This document shows positions 1 through 14,755 of a DNA stretch of 64,000 nt, in pieces. The notes below the pieces were generated by a model. That model saw only the letters and a list, made by a program, of their open reading frames with translations, ran no database searches and was not told the origin of the DNA. The number at the start of each line of letters is the position of its first letter. The stretch's first letter is position 1. A program made the translations under genes and the position numbers. Origin of the DNA: Octopus vulgaris. Its lineage: Eukaryota. The DNA is taken from positions 62,310,001-62,374,000 of the forward strand of contig OX597831.1 in the NCBI GenBank assembly GCA_951406725.2, written 5' to 3'.

Positions 1-700
1 TCGTCAAAGCACTTCTCATCTTAAGAAAAGAATTATCAAGGCATTTACAGTGCAGAGTTTTATTGCTTTCGTTTTGTTCTAACTAATAATATACTTCCTA
101 TATACCTTTCAATATATGAAAAAATACTAAATGTTGTGTAATTATCCTTACAATACTAGACTAGATTGGACCAACAAAGTGCTGTAGAGAAAAGGTACAA
201 ATATAACGTGCAAATATGAAATTAAGAATAAATAAATAACTATCGATGTTATGTCAAAATGAATATGATTTTAAAATTTAGTGGAAAAGAATGCATATAT
301 AAACATTAAAAATACGAAGAAAGAAAACATGTTACATTGTGAATCGCCGTTAAGCATTTTAAAATCGAGAAATGATTATAAAGTGCGTGCGTTGTGTTTT
401 GTGTATTACATTAATGAAGTGTGTGGGTGTGCATTGTGCGAGTTGTCGGTGTAATATAATTACATATATAAATTTTGTATATATAATTTTGTGTTAAGCG
501 TCCGATGTTATATGAAACAGTGAGTTGCGATGAGAGCGTACCGTTTTATTTATTATTTATTTGTTGTCAAATGCAAACATTTATTCTCCTATTGACCGTA
601 ATGTTCTTGCTACGTAGCATAAGGTCAGCAGTGGTCGAGCAAGCCTATGATCAAATGCATTCCAGCTTTAGCAGTTTCGTCTTTTCCTTTTTTATATCAG

Positions 701-742
701 TGACAATCCTGCTCGATATACCTTCGTTTATGTGATAGCAAG
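701..742 (+). other. Candidate 42-nt host exon (DNPARYTFVYVIA)
   Basis: Long pyrimidine tract + CAG acceptor, AAG|GTATGT donor, open frame. No recognisable homology. Confidence 0.25.
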
Positions 743-2760
743 GTATGTAATTTGGGAGAGCTTTCACAATATGTAACGGGTTATATTCCTTATTGAAACC
801 TATTTATTTCATTGTTACTTGTTATGCGCTTGAGAATGTTGAATTTAATGAATATTTATTTCTCTTCTGTGAGCATTCGCATCATGTATTTAAGTAATAT
901 ATCAACATGCTAGATGTTGTTTTAAAGACATTCACACAAGTAGCTACATGTCAATGCCCGGTCTAAGACAATGGCAATGTCCAATATGGTGGATTCAAAT
1001 AGGGCTTTATTACACATCCTTCGTAGCCATAACATGATTGCTCATTAGCTTCTGACTAATGTCTTCTTCCGTATCAAATTATGTACATTGTATTTGTGTG
1101 CTCAATAATGATATTATCATTCCTCCTTCTGCTCATTTTTTTATTTCATTTTCTTCTTTCTTCAAGTTTATATCGAATGAGGTTGGTCAAGTTGTATTAC
1201 TTCATAATACTTGGGACGTGAAACAGAAAATATTAGGAATGGCAACAACCTCACGAATAAAAAAATCTATATGAATAACATAATTTGCTTCGTAATGTCT
1301 CTAAAACAATACAAATTATTCAAAATACCATCAGCTTAAGAAACTGCGAGGAAATATGTTCCATTAGCTAATACACTCATAAGGAAATCTAATGCGTAAT
1401 ACTGTAATAATTTGTATTAAATAATTACCTTTTAGAATCGCCAGAATAAATAGCCATTTTAATTTCATAGAAGTAAAATTGTTCTTCGTAATATTAGCTC
1501 ATGTGTTTTTGAGTGAATGCGCCCATTGATTCAGATGGAAGCAGAAATAATTCAAATGTGATTAACATCATCTGAAATGTCTAGTTAAATTTGGCATATA
1601 GGTCTCATTCTCTCTTTCTTACATGATACCTCATCAAGAAAAGGTAACTAGAAATATTATGTATAGCTAAAGAGATTGACACAACCTTAAATTTCGGGAT
1701 AATAGCATTATATCTAATCCAACCTTTAGTTCTATGCCTTGTCAAATTCATTTACAACCATGCAATGTCTTTGGTCGTGTTTTATGCGAGATGTTCAAGT
1801 TTATTCGATATAAGACGGAAAGTTTCCATAACACATGATAGTATTATTATGGTCAACATGCTGTTATGAGAAATGTATCGACGAGAATCGGATGCAACGA
1901 ATCAGTCAACCGAGAGTAATTTACTGAGCAGCTAAGAAGCTAAGTATAATATAAAGTGCGAGGAATACGTCGAATTGTGCAAGTAAGTTAAGAAACAAAT
2001 AAACCTAATGTGAAAGGTGGAGCAGAGCGTGCTAAGAATATTGGACAGCTTAAGATATAATCACCTATTAGTAATGTGGCCGGAGAGGCACCTCACAGGT
2101 GGGAAATGTATGAGATAGAAATAGCAGTCAAATTGCCCTCAAATCAAACCTTTGAGTTTCGGACATATATCTGCCTGCTCTGAGCAGACTTGTAGCAAAC
2201 TCATCGACACCAATACCTTAAAATCTATAGCATGCCAACAATGCAATTTAAGACATAAGGTATCAAGTACTACAGACATCTAATAATAATAATGCATCTA
2301 TTTCTGTTCTCTTTTGGTCATATCTACCTCGCTTTTGAGCTGGAGCAATTTGTATATCTCTATATTAGTATAATTTGATGCCACACTCTTGAAATTTTAA
2401 ATTAAAATGCAGATGGAGAAAATATATAACTAGCATGTTATTAACTTCAGTTTTGGTTGTCAAATGTTTGCAAACTGTTATCAGTTCACTTATGTTCAAA
2501 ATTTGTGCTTCGAGGATGAAATGTTCCAGGATAAATATTCTACATTACGATTTTCAAATAATAGTGTAGAATTGAAAACAGATTTGGTTGTTAGTTCAAG
2601 CAAGCCGGGTGATCATTTGTCAGGAGGTGACTAAATTATGTGTGAGTGTGAGTGTGTGTGTTTGTGTGTGTGTGTGTACAGTTATATCGTATTTATCGTT
2701 TGTTGTATTTTTATTTAATCCTGAAAACATTATGTAACGCACGCATTCATTAATGTCTTA

Positions 2761-2801
<41 letters not shown>

Positions 2802-2893
2802 ACATATAGGAAACATCGTCGATAATTCCTATGGTATTCTCTATAAGGCTGACAAGGTAACTTAGGTTATTTGATCCTCGGCAACGGTGTAAT

Positions 2894-2943
2894 GGGTCAC
2901 TGATGAAGATCAAGTAAATCTGAAATCAGCGCTGATATGACTC
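2894..2943 (+). ncRNA. Type I hammerhead ribozyme in a ~0.6-kb segment between two (TA)n tracts
   Basis: gggtca-CTGATGA-agat caagtaa atct-GAAA-tcagcgctga-TA-tgactc. Canonical core, and stem III is a perfect palindrome. Confidence 0.85.
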
Positions 2944-3432
2944 CATCTCGCTTTTTGTAGAGATGGAGACTGTCTTCCTGTTCAGCTGTTAGTAAATTAC
3001 ACTCACGTGTCTACATACTGTTTCGACGCTTATTCTAGTAATGCTAGTGCTCACGTTAGTGACAACCGTACTTGTTGCTTATCGCCTCTAAATTGCGAAT
3101 AGCCAGTTTAATAATTGAACATCACGGGGTCCTTTCAGCTGAACAACGTGCACGGAGAGGTAAATATATATTTTGAAATAGTTTATATAGTAAGTCTGAC
3201 TGATCTGCCTGTATTTTACAAATAGGAGGACTGTTTCGGAGAAAGATGTTTACTATATTCTCCGTGCGTATTTACATTTAGTGAGAGTCGAGTGGTTTTG
3301 AAGGATTTTGACTCCTATTTCAAGCGAATTGATACATCGTACACTGACATTTTCTTATTAAATTTTGCTTATTTGAATATTTGATGACCACTTCATTATT
3401 ATTTTTATAGATAGATAACGATAACTTATTTC

Positions 3433-3517
<85 letters not shown>

Positions 3518-3603
3518 GACCAATCAAACAAGTCCATGTTTAAAGATGTAGCGTTTATACTAGTCTGGATAGAATTGACATATCGGTTCTATTCTAGCAA
3601 AAA

Positions 3604-3641
3604 CTGTCCGACGAACGGCAACGTGAAACTCAGAGTAACAG
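3604..3641 (+). ncRNA. Minimal hammerhead ribozyme (CCGACGA core variant) in a ~150-bp insert within (TA)n
   Basis: ctgt-CCGACGA-acg GCAA cgt-GAAA-ctcagag-TA-acag, with a GNRA tetraloop on stem II. Flanked by (TA)n at ~3436-3513 and ~3673-3836. Confidence 0.7.
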
Positions 3642-3669
3642 GTTTTTTGAATTTTCTTCTGCCTTAAAT

Positions 3670-3878
<209 letters not shown>

Positions 3879-6800
3879 TGTGTGTGTGTGCGTGTGGGTG
3901 TGCGTGCGTGTGTGTGTGGTTCAGTCTGTTATTTGTAATCAAGCCAAGCATAATAAGAGAGCTTGGTAAAGAATGTAGTCCATATTTTTGAAATGCTTAA
4001 AATGAGAACTATAGTTAGTTAAGTAACACTTCACTGAGAAGTGTAGCAGTGGCATGTTTCTAAGTGATATTGATGTGTCTGTTGAGCAGAGTGCACACAT
4101 AATTTTTCGAGAAATTGTTTGTCCTTAATCTAAGGGCTGGTTGTGTTTTCGATTACAGGTTAAGTACACTTTAGCGTTTTTGTGTATGCAGGGGTGAATT
4201 GCGTTGCATAATAATAAGAATTCTCCATGCATTTTGCCTTCATCTAGCAAATGGAATTTGATACATGGCACCAGCTATTGTCGAGACCTCCTTAAGAGTG
4301 CGAAATTAGGAAATTTCCGTAAAATTTATAAGGTTTTTGGCAATGATCTAGACAAGTCGGAGAAGAAAATTAAATTATATTCATGTGATTATAAACTTCA
4401 GGTAAAAAGCTTTTGCAGGTGTCGCGCTTATGGATATACATCATCCAGTTTGTAGGAATTCGTAATATTTTCTGTTGTTTTAGAACGTTTAATTAACCTA
4501 TAACGCACAAGGCAAAGATACAGGTGTATATTGTTTTTATTTTAAATTTTTAGTGATATCTAAAGAACATGAACAAAGGTTGCTTTCAGGCATTCACTTA
4601 AATGTTTCATATAGATCATTCTTAAGGTGTACAGTCGGTAAAATATAATTAGTTCCTGCAAGTAAACCAATTTAATGTACCAAACAGGAGAGAGCTCTAT
4701 ATAACCTGTGTCTGAGGAATGTAGAAGTGATGAGTGAAATTATATGCATGCATCAGACGAGTGTGTGCATGTGTGTTTGTGCGTGTATTTGTATATCAAA
4801 TGAGCAAACAAAATACGATTCAAGTGACGATTACTGTGAATGATGGTCTGTTGTCATCACAGGTTTGTTGTCTGTTTCCCCTGCGATTCATATACCAACA
4901 TTCTATAATAAGTTATGATGCCTTCCTTCATGTCTGTAAATTTTCGACATCACATCCGTCCATATGCTATAATAGACAGAGGCTTAAAAAATATTCATAC
5001 TCAATATGATCCAGAGTGTCGGAGAGGTTTTTGCAACCCGTGCCAGCTTGTTATTCTGTGAAATGTGCAACACGTTCCTTTTATACTGAATATGGAAAAC
5101 TACATGTAGCTTTATGTTATTGAATCTAAACACTACCAATTAAAATATCTGGCAACTGGACCTCAATATGCTTTCCATTATGTTCCCCAAATGATATTTA
5201 ATAGTTTAGGCACATATGTTCGATTACTTAAAGTGAATCGATTCATTGTATGCAAGTAAAATAAAATAAGTATATGTGATGCTAACTATATCACCATTAA
5301 ACAACAAATAAAAAGTTGTTTGAAAACAATATTCGAGGTAATTCACATTCTTCATGTGTAATAAACCTTATATCACTGTTCTCTGGATTCATCTTCGACG
5401 ACACGTCCACCCATTGTTTCTAATATCAAACAGACCTGTGTGAGTGCAAATTTGCATCAACTTTGATTACCTACCAGATTATTTGTAACAAACAATGATT
5501 TATTTTATATATTACCGGCATATCAGATCGTAGTTCGAAGAACTGTTCAAAAGCTTTTACATCCTCACCACGGTATGGACTTCAGTTATCATATTGTTGA
5601 CGCCAACATAACTAACCTATGAAGTACGTAATTAAACGAGGTAGGAAACTGAATTATTATGATGATTAATAAGAACGCGATATTATCCTTTGACGTCGTG
5701 GTTGTTGTCATCGCTATCAATATAATCATCCTCCACCTAATAGCTTTTGCCATCCATATCACAATTTCGTATATTAGTATAAATTAGACAGATTGTTTCA
5801 AGCCGGTGCATAAAATTATCCAAGAAATTAATCTCACAGAAACCACCACACAATTTAATTATTACAGTTTCATAATACTCTTATTATAATTTGTAGTTTG
5901 ATAGCAAAATCGATGTTTATATAATCAATATTATATAACGTCCACCAAGGTAAAATCTAGCTGGTTTCTATTCATTAACTATTTAGTCTTTCATGCAGTT
6001 ATGGAACATTCGAATGCATAACTTACGCAGATGTTTATAATGCAGCGTTAAGAATTTTATAAAACTTAGTACTATGGTCCACCTCTTGCTATTTTTTGAC
6101 AACACAGAAATATGGTTCTGTATATTCATTTATTAAAAAAAAATCTTATTCTATATCGGTGCTTTAATGAGTATTGCCAGTCTGTCGATATTGTGCTATT
6201 ATACAACAGTTTTGTAGTAGTATAATTATGTATTTATTTTAGTAAATCCAATCTTGTCAACATATCTCAGCATCATAAGACGCAACGATGAACAAAACTT
6301 GATGAACGTTAAAGCGAGTGACACCGGCAGTTCAGTTCTGATTTCTATAAACAGATATGGTTCTAGAACAACGTGCATGATACTTTAATTAGTAACAAAT
6401 GTCTGATGGAGATGTGTTTCATTTTTAGCTTGAAGACTTTTAGAATAATGTTTGTGGGCAAGAATGAACGGAATGGGTATTTCAGATGGATGCTGTTGAG
6501 GAAGGTCTGGGTGAAATATTTAGTCTGGGAGAAGACACACAGTTGGACTTTGGAGAAATCTTGCACAGTTACCTAGATTCTCAAAAGCGATGGTAGACGT
6601 GTTTGCTAGTAATTAGAGAATGTCCGTATCTCTTGTTTTGAAAGATCCAATGAGGTTCGGTTATACTTCAGCTGCATTGCCTGGTACGTTTGAGCTGTAA
6701 ACTAATACAAGCAGTAACATGTGTTAAAACTTAAGACATATATTGCTATAAAGAAATATAATAGATGTTGTGATACAGGTTGGATAAAATTTACAAGGAA

Positions 6801-8361
6801 TTCGCCATAAGAAATTTTGCAAAAAAGTTTGAAGCTAACTTTCCAGGAATTCTGGACTTTTCAATCGTTTGATGTTCTTCAGAAGAGACAGAATTCTGAG
6901 TAAATGTGTTTCTTTCATATGTGCTGATAATGATATAGTTCCTATGGAAGCAAGGTACCTTATCTGAAACTCCTAAGTTGTATCTGGACAACGCTTGTAT
7001 GTACACGTGTAAGGATAATGGTAAAGAAGTTTTAGCAATATAGCCATGTTCCTTTAAGATAACGTGTTTGAATAAGGGTACAGAAGAAACAATAGGAGAT
7101 ATATTACCGAAGCAATCTGCATATCAGATTTTATAATTATAAATCGGAAAATTCCCCATCTTTACGGGATTCACAATGTACCTAGTAGTTTCTCAACTAA
7201 ACATGAGATAGATTTAGTATATCAGAGGACAACTCATATTGGTCTTTTGAACAATGAATGCAATCTGTTTTGTGTCGAACCAGAGAAGGAGTTTCCATGC
7301 AGTAGTTCGGTTGCTAAAACTAACAGCCAGCATATATCCTTTACTTCTTATTTTGCCGTCATATATATACCGGATATTACATTCCAGTATAGTCAACCAT
7401 TTGCAGAAATAATATGTCAAAATAGATACCAAAACGGAAATAGCTTCAATGCTGATCAAACGGGTCAAGTATGATAAATACATATATTTTAGCAATATTT
7501 ATGTATTATACATACCTGCTGACGCAAAAAGATAGCGATGTAAAAATGTATACATAGCCTCTAACGCCTCAAGTTGTGAAAATGTTTTTTAAATGATGGA
7601 ACCAAATATTTTCAAGCAACACAACTAAAGAAGAACCCCCTCCCAGTAACATACGGTGCAGAAGGATTTATTAAAACACGAAATAGTTCTGTTATCATTC
7701 TTCAAGCACAACAGGACCACAAATTACTTGCGAAATTCCACACGAAAGTAAATAAGATATCAAGACACTTGAGTAGAAGAGTAGCGGTTTTTAAATTTAT
7801 ATTTGTGGAATTAAAAATGTTATCCTCGCATACAAAAATTTATGTGGCGGCAGTTCAGAAACATCTGATACACTCAGGATGCTGTACATCTAATATAACT
7901 TGTAAGCGTGTGAAAGAAAGTGATATAATATATCACCATAGAAAAGATTTCATACACAAAAGCCCAAATCTAATATATATATATATATGACATACGATAC
8001 TTGATAAATAAGATACGATAACGCTCTAGTAATTTCAGAGTTTAAATGAAAATGTATAAATACAGTGAATGAAGATATATAAAAACATATGTGTGTGTGT
8101 GTTTATGTGTGCTATTATGTTTGTGTGTGTGTATGTATGTATGCATATATACATGTTTGTGTTTGTGTATGTATGGATGCATATATATTTGTGTGTATGT
8201 ATCACTTTTATTTGGGTCGAGTGATTCTTTCGCCTGTTGGTGCACAGAGTCTACATTGTGCAACACCAGAAACACAAATTTGCAAAGGACTGTCTCTACC
8301 GAAGTGAAAATACTAGAATCTACTGTGGCATCGACTAATCTTTACGTGCGCGCGCACTCAC

Positions 8362-8396
<35 letters not shown>

Positions 8397-9184
8397 TACC
8401 AGAACAACACCAGAATATATAGGCTGTAAAGAAATACAATAGACATTGCAGAAAGTATGCCTGTAATTCGACTCTACACAGACACAATTCATTTCCACAC
8501 GTAGGAATTTCCCTTAAGGTTTCGGGTTGACGGGTGATTTGAGCAACTGCTTTGTGAGTCGTTGGTAATTGCTCAACCGTCGTAGTTGTGTAATAAGGGT
8601 ATCAATAATGAAAGCAAATAAACTACAACACCAAAAATTGGCAACATCACCAATATCTCCATTTTACATCACAGTGTTGGTATAGGGCAAAGTTTTGATG
8701 TGAAATCAAAAAGAGTGATTGAGAGGTATTCGAATGGTTCTCAAATACACTAACAATAAACGACAAAAGCATCTTTCGTAATAACTGATAAAATGGTTTA
8801 TTATATAGCTTATAGGACAGTAAAAGCTAACAAGGGAAGTTACTTAAATATAAATGCTGGTAGTACAGCACCTCTACGTACTTCATAGAGTGAATTACTG
8901 AAAACTTAACAATCTAAAGCTTTTTATGTTAGCACACAAGCAAAAGTTTACGAATATTATTTTATCAACACGCAAAGTACTATTATATTTTCATGTTTCA
9001 TATAATTCTCTATAAAATCAATTGTGTACTATCTGACATACAGTGTTTGTTTAAATTTATATTAAACTCTGTCTTCGTTTGAATATTATTTCGCAAATAA
9101 TATCGATCGCAATAAATCTAGCGCTATTAATAATGATTTACAAAGCCACTAGCTCTTTTGTGGAATGTTAACATTATCATTAAA

Positions 9185-9219
9185 ATCATCATCCTCACCA
9201 TCATCATCATCATCATACC

Positions 9220-9280
<61 letters not shown>

Positions 9281-9312
9281 GTAATCATCATCATTGTTAT
9301 TATTATTATTAT
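9185..9312. repeat. (CAT)n/(TAT)n microsatellite
   Basis: Direct reading. Confidence 0.95.
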
Positions 9313-9334
9313 GACACTGGGGTAAAATATACGA

Positions 9335-9838
9335 AGGCCAGTATACCCATCATGACTACCCGTCTGAGAAGGGTACACCAGGCACATGCATTACAACCAT
9401 ATGTGTGTGACATGGTGATCTAATATCAAGATAAACAGCGCATGACCTTGCAGGTGGGGCCGAGTTAGAATTCTCTTCAGGTCGAGTAGCCCATCCCACT
9501 CAAAAGGTCCCTGAATAAGGATTGTTTAAGGATGTTGAACGAACCACCCATGTTTCCAAAGGTGAATTATCCAAACCTCTAAGAATTCCTTTCAACACAT
9601 GGCTATGTGACTCCCCCAATACTTCTGCTCGCGATCAGAGATGCACATATCGTCAGCCACTAAAGAACATGCTCAACTGGTTAAGGTCAAACAACTGACC
9701 AGCAAATCTGTGTTATTGAGCAGAATATTTGCTGTAGCCCATCTTTTATACCAAGACAAAATAACGTATATGATAACACTTCCAATCAGTTAAGATCAGA
9801 AGTCATTAGCCACTGCCTTGTACTGCATCAGGACATTT
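9335..9838 (-). mobile_element. GC-richer interspersed repeat, class uncertain (possibly a LINE 5' UTR-derived element)
   Basis: Sharp compositional block next to a (CAT)n/(TAT)n tract. Single copy in the window with no ORF. Confidence 0.4.
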
Positions 9839-12290
9839 ACACTCGTTTATTCATACGGACGTAACTGAGATGAAATATTTCATGAAAAACAGTAACAAGG
9901 GAAATATACACCGCCGGAAGTTGTTGCTGACAAACAACAGCAGTAATTTTATTCAGCTGAATACACTTCATTGATTGGTTGAAATTACCGAAACACGACA
10001 ACTTTAATACGAAATAACTTCGTACATAGAAACTTTTCTCAACAACGCTAAGAGTAAAATATGTTCTATATGACACAGTTTACCAGTATACGGAGTTCCA
10101 AAGCGTTTAGCTAAAGAAAACTAATTCATCGAGCTGCCCATGAAAAGGAAAAATTCCCAATGTTGCTCAGAAGAGCTTCCTTGGAGCTATTTCTCCAGAC
10201 TTTTCAACCTAAATAACAACCCACGCAGGAAAAGTATTGACTTAATTATGAGAAAGTTCTGGATAAATTATAAAAAGGGAACAGTGATATCCTTATTTGT
10301 ACGACTGAACTTGTTCCTGTGATATTTGAATATGTACACCGTAAAGCTACTTTGAAGCTAGCTATTGTTTTACAAAATGAGCGTATGGGTCCATGAAAAA
10401 ATCACTTATGCGGTAGTTCAAAATCCAAGAAGTAGCAACAAATTATCTTTAACTTCATATTCTATTGTCCTGAAGGAGGAAGGTTACGGTAGATGAGAAT
10501 CATGAAGAAAAGAACTGCATATAAATGGTTAAGCATTCATAAGTATTCGGGATAAAGTCTTATTTGGAACTAAAGAGTAGCCAAATAAAGTTTGGAAATA
10601 GATATTGTATTTTGTAATACTAAATTCAGTTCTCCTAAGTTTGGTTATAGCTGGATCATTACTGTTAAAATCATCGTAAATTTTGTTAAAGTACCTACAT
10701 TTCAATATTAATATTTCATTTAGTAAAGTAGATTTATTCAAGGCGAAACATAATTATATATTTGTTTGAAGAAATAAAATGCTACGTACATTCAATCGAC
10801 ATTTTTGGTTAGAGTAGTGTAATTTGAAACTTTCTCGAAAGCTTACAATAAATTCTCTCCTGGCTATAATGATTACACCTTCACTAGTCTATGTTTTATA
10901 TTCTTATGGTTTGCTTCTTTTATTTTTCAAGCTTAACGTCCTTCACTTTTCTATGATATATTTTGTTGTTTAAGAACTGAATATAGCTTCATGTTCCAGT
11001 GGAAAACAAATCAAAATAGATTCTATCTTTTTATGAAAACTCGAATGGGAGAAACGAGTTAATTTTTATTTTTCTCCGACATTTTAGATGAATGTGTGAT
11101 TATTCGTCAAAATAACAATGCATTTTAACAAAGTAAAGCGTAAGTGATGTTTGAAGGAGAATAGGAAATTATATTAAGGTTTAATGGTTTCATAAATAAA
11201 ACTCTTCAGAATTACACTTTATTGTGAAGAGCTTTTCCGGTAAAAGAGATTTTTCAGTTTACAAAGGTAATTACGAATATATATACTATTTGAAAGTATC
11301 TAAGCATACATAACAGTAAACAAATCAATATTTCAAAATTGTTAGACAATATATTCTGAGAAGTAATGATAGCCGCAACAAAAGGTGACATTAATAATAA
11401 CATTGAATTATTTAAATGTTTTAAATGGTTACATATATTTAAAAGACATCAGGTAATTAATTCCTTAATTTAGAATTTCATTTAACGAAAATCAATTACG
11501 AGATGTAAGTGGTAATTCTAAAATAGCAGCGCATGCCAGTTTGGATGTTAAGCAAGTAGATATCTAATGATAAAGAAATAATCATTTTATAATCAGAAGC
11601 AACAAACATATTATAAACAACCTGCTATGGCAACTTTATGATTAATTGTTCCTCGTATCTTTAGAATTTAGCAAAACTGTCTAATTATTGTTTTTTGAAT
11701 AAACATTATTTTCACAATTTATATTTATGTATTAAAAAATTGGATAACTTCAGGTATTATTGTTTTTGTGAAAGGTTAAATTTTTGATGACATACACAAA
11801 TATTTGTTATTATCTCAACCAGGCTGTCCTGTAGTGAAAATCATTCTTACATTCAGAAATAATCAATATTAATATTAATGCGTAACGTCAAAAATGGGTT
11901 TACGCCTGACTCACGAACGAAAAGCTATCCAGTGAATTCCAGTTTGCCGGCACTTCACAAAATATGTTATCATTGGAAAACACAATAACGCCATAGTTAC
12001 TCTAACATCGAATATATTTTCATGTAAGGAAGAGTTTTATAACAAAAGATAAATTCGTACCTATTCAAGGTTGTGATGCACTCACAAATCGCAACGAAAG
12101 TTCTTTTACTTTACATCCATCTCCGCAGACTTTAAAAAATCCACTGGCACTTAACAGAATAAATTATAAAAAATTTTGCTGATGGTGAAGTTATGATATA
12201 TATAACTATCATGCGATTTTAAGAAACATTGTTATTGGTGGCTGTATGTGTACTACCGTATTCAAAGGGCTATGAGGTTTATACCCGCAC

Positions 12291-12570
12291 GTTTGTTCCT
12301 TCTCGAGGCATGTCTGGCTCATAAAGGCCGGGTTCCCGGTTTCTTGACGTATAGGTTCCCCACAGATGAGCTGCAAGATGCAGGAGGAAAGAGTGAGAGA
12401 AAGTTGTGGCGAAAGAGTCAGCAGAAGTTTTAGCATTACATTCTCTGCCTGAGCCGCGTGGAGCTTAGGTGTTTCGCTCATAAACACACACATCGTCCGG
12501 TCTGAGATTCGAACCCGCGATCCCTCGACCGCGAGTCAGCTGACCTAACCACTAGACCATGTGCCTCCAC
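12291..12570 (-). mobile_element. tRNA-derived SINE (family A)
   Basis: Box A TGGTCTAGTGG, box B GGTTCGAATC, acccgca duplicated on both flanks. Homologous to the 43084 and 50820 copies. Confidence 0.85.
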
Positions 12571-13545
12571 AACCCGCATATTGAAATGCAAATGAAACCT
12601 ATGCAAGTTAAACCTACTCCCATGTGTTATAAAAAGCTTCCATGTTTACACTGGTGAAGAGGACCAAACCGTTAGATATTTTAATTAGGAGTGAAAGCTA
12701 AGATATTTTCAACAAGTGACAAAAGTCTAACTGCTGTGTCCTTTCATATGAATGACAACTTAATAACAGTGCTGTCTTGATTCTCAGTAGGGTATATACA
12801 GTTCTGAAATAGCGTTATATTTTCCACTTTATGAACGAAAGAGCAGAGCCAGAGATGTATCCAACTGTGAATTATTTCATTATTAATATATAAATAGCAA
12901 TATTTACCTAACGGTTCACACCGTTATAACTTTATGAATGATTGAATATAATCCTATAAAGAGAGACCTGCATTTTTCCAAGGAAATAATTGTGATTATA
13001 TAGAATTAGCTCGCTACTAGTTTGTTTTGTCGATTCCCATCGGTAATTCATCCCATTTCACTTATGAAATATATACGTCTCTCAGTAATTCATGAGCAAA
13101 TGTTACATAACGTCATAGATACTAATAAATTTGAGGTATATCAGACATTTGTGTAGACATAAGTTATGGAACTATAATATATTTATAGCAATTTCTTAAT
13201 GAAAGCAGCGAATATTGATTGTTACACTTAGGCTAAGGTGATACTGCTCTAAAGCATAATGGGTCATTTGACGAGAATTATTAGATGAGAGTTGAATGGA
13301 AGTGAGGCAAATCATACCAAAATATGAAGTTCATTAGTGCTGCTGAATGCTTGAACTCATGTCCTGTCTCAATGTTGTTGATGTTATGCGGTAGCCTCCA
13401 AAGTAGTCGTGTCAATAACGACTAAACCCTACTTTCAGCTGGGTGTTGTGTACCAAGGAATATATTATCCTGTAAGGATTTTTCATTTTCAAAATAGAAA
13501 TGTGGCACAATTTTGAAGGGGTGTGGTGACAATATTTCTAGTAAC

Positions 13546-13779
13546 AAGGCGTCGAGCTGGCAGACACGTTAACGCGCCGGGCGAAATGCTTAGAGGTATT
13601 TCGTCTGTCGTTATATTCGGAGTTCAAATTCCGCCGAGATCGACTTTGCCTTTTATCCTTTCGAAGTCGATAAATTAAGTACCAGATGTGCACTGGGGTC
13701 CATGTAATGGACTTAATCCCTTTGTCTGTCCTTGTTTGTCCCCTCTATGTTTAGCCCATTGTGGGCAATAAAGAAATAT
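13546..13779 (+). mobile_element. tRNA-derived SINE (family B)
   Basis: 14-bp TSD atatttctagtaac, box B GAGTTCAAATT, and a central gccttttatcctttcgaagtcgataaattaagtacc block. Homologous to the 24731 copy. Confidence 0.85.
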
Positions 13780-14660
13780 ATATTTCTAGTAACTGGGACC
13801 AATTAAAGGCTCCTTCATATGTTCATTCCTGAAAATTGAATCAAAGGCTGTCAACCTTGCCGAAAAGAAAATTGATGTTCATAACAGAACTCAGATACTT
13901 TTATGAGGTGATAATGGACCAAATAAAATGTTGTTGAGTAGACATTTCGTGCACCACAGATAAATTTTCTCGTAACAAAGGTACGTGATCCTCATAGATG
14001 ACTCACTCGAGGCGCATAATATTACGAGATCTGATGTACAAAAAATTATGGTCATCAAAAAGAACAGGAAACGAATGATGTGTGTCAATATTTCAATATT
14101 TTTAAAGTAATATTTACTGCTGCATGAAAAATGTTAAATGAGGGTACTTTTTGGAAAAATAATAGCAAATAAAAGTATTCAAAAGCATATTCTTAGCTGT
14201 AATAAATACATTAAGCAAAATAATACTCTCATACATAAGTACATACATGCATACATACACACATACATGCATACATACTTACATACATACATATATACAT
14301 GCATACATACTTACATACATACATGCATACATACATGCGTACATATATATCAGGCTAGAGATACCTTAGTCAAATGTTACATTATCAATTGTTACCAAGG
14401 TAACATGGTCGTCAACGGATCCTATGTTAACTTGAAAGCAAAGAGACAGAGAGAGGGAGAGAGAGAAGGAGAGAGGGGTGAACAAAATTGAAAACATGTG
14501 TGAAGAAATAATGAATGGGAGCGGATAAATGTATAAATTTGCTAAGGAAATCCATTATTGTTCCTGAAAGTTTTCTTTATACCTTCTACGTACTGCTATG
14601 TATATATACATATATCTGTGTATATACATGCATATATACATACATATATATATATGTATA

Positions 14661-14755
<95 letters not shown>

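Noticed and set aside
6400-7480. Protein-like stretches on both strands (e.g. QTYQAMQLKYNRTSLDLSK, KEFAIRNFAKKFEANFPG)
   Set aside because: In-frame stops, inconsistent splice phases and no recognisable family. Not supportable without homology searches.
9127-9387. Poly-Met ORF
   Set aside because: (CAT)n microsatellite.
9905-9985. CCGGAAGT and ATTGG promoter-like motifs
   Set aside because: Short motifs expected by chance, with no associated gene start.
12480-12570. tRNA gene
   Set aside because: The A/B boxes belong to SINE heads followed by SINE bodies, with no complete cloverleaf. The same applies to the other SINE copies.
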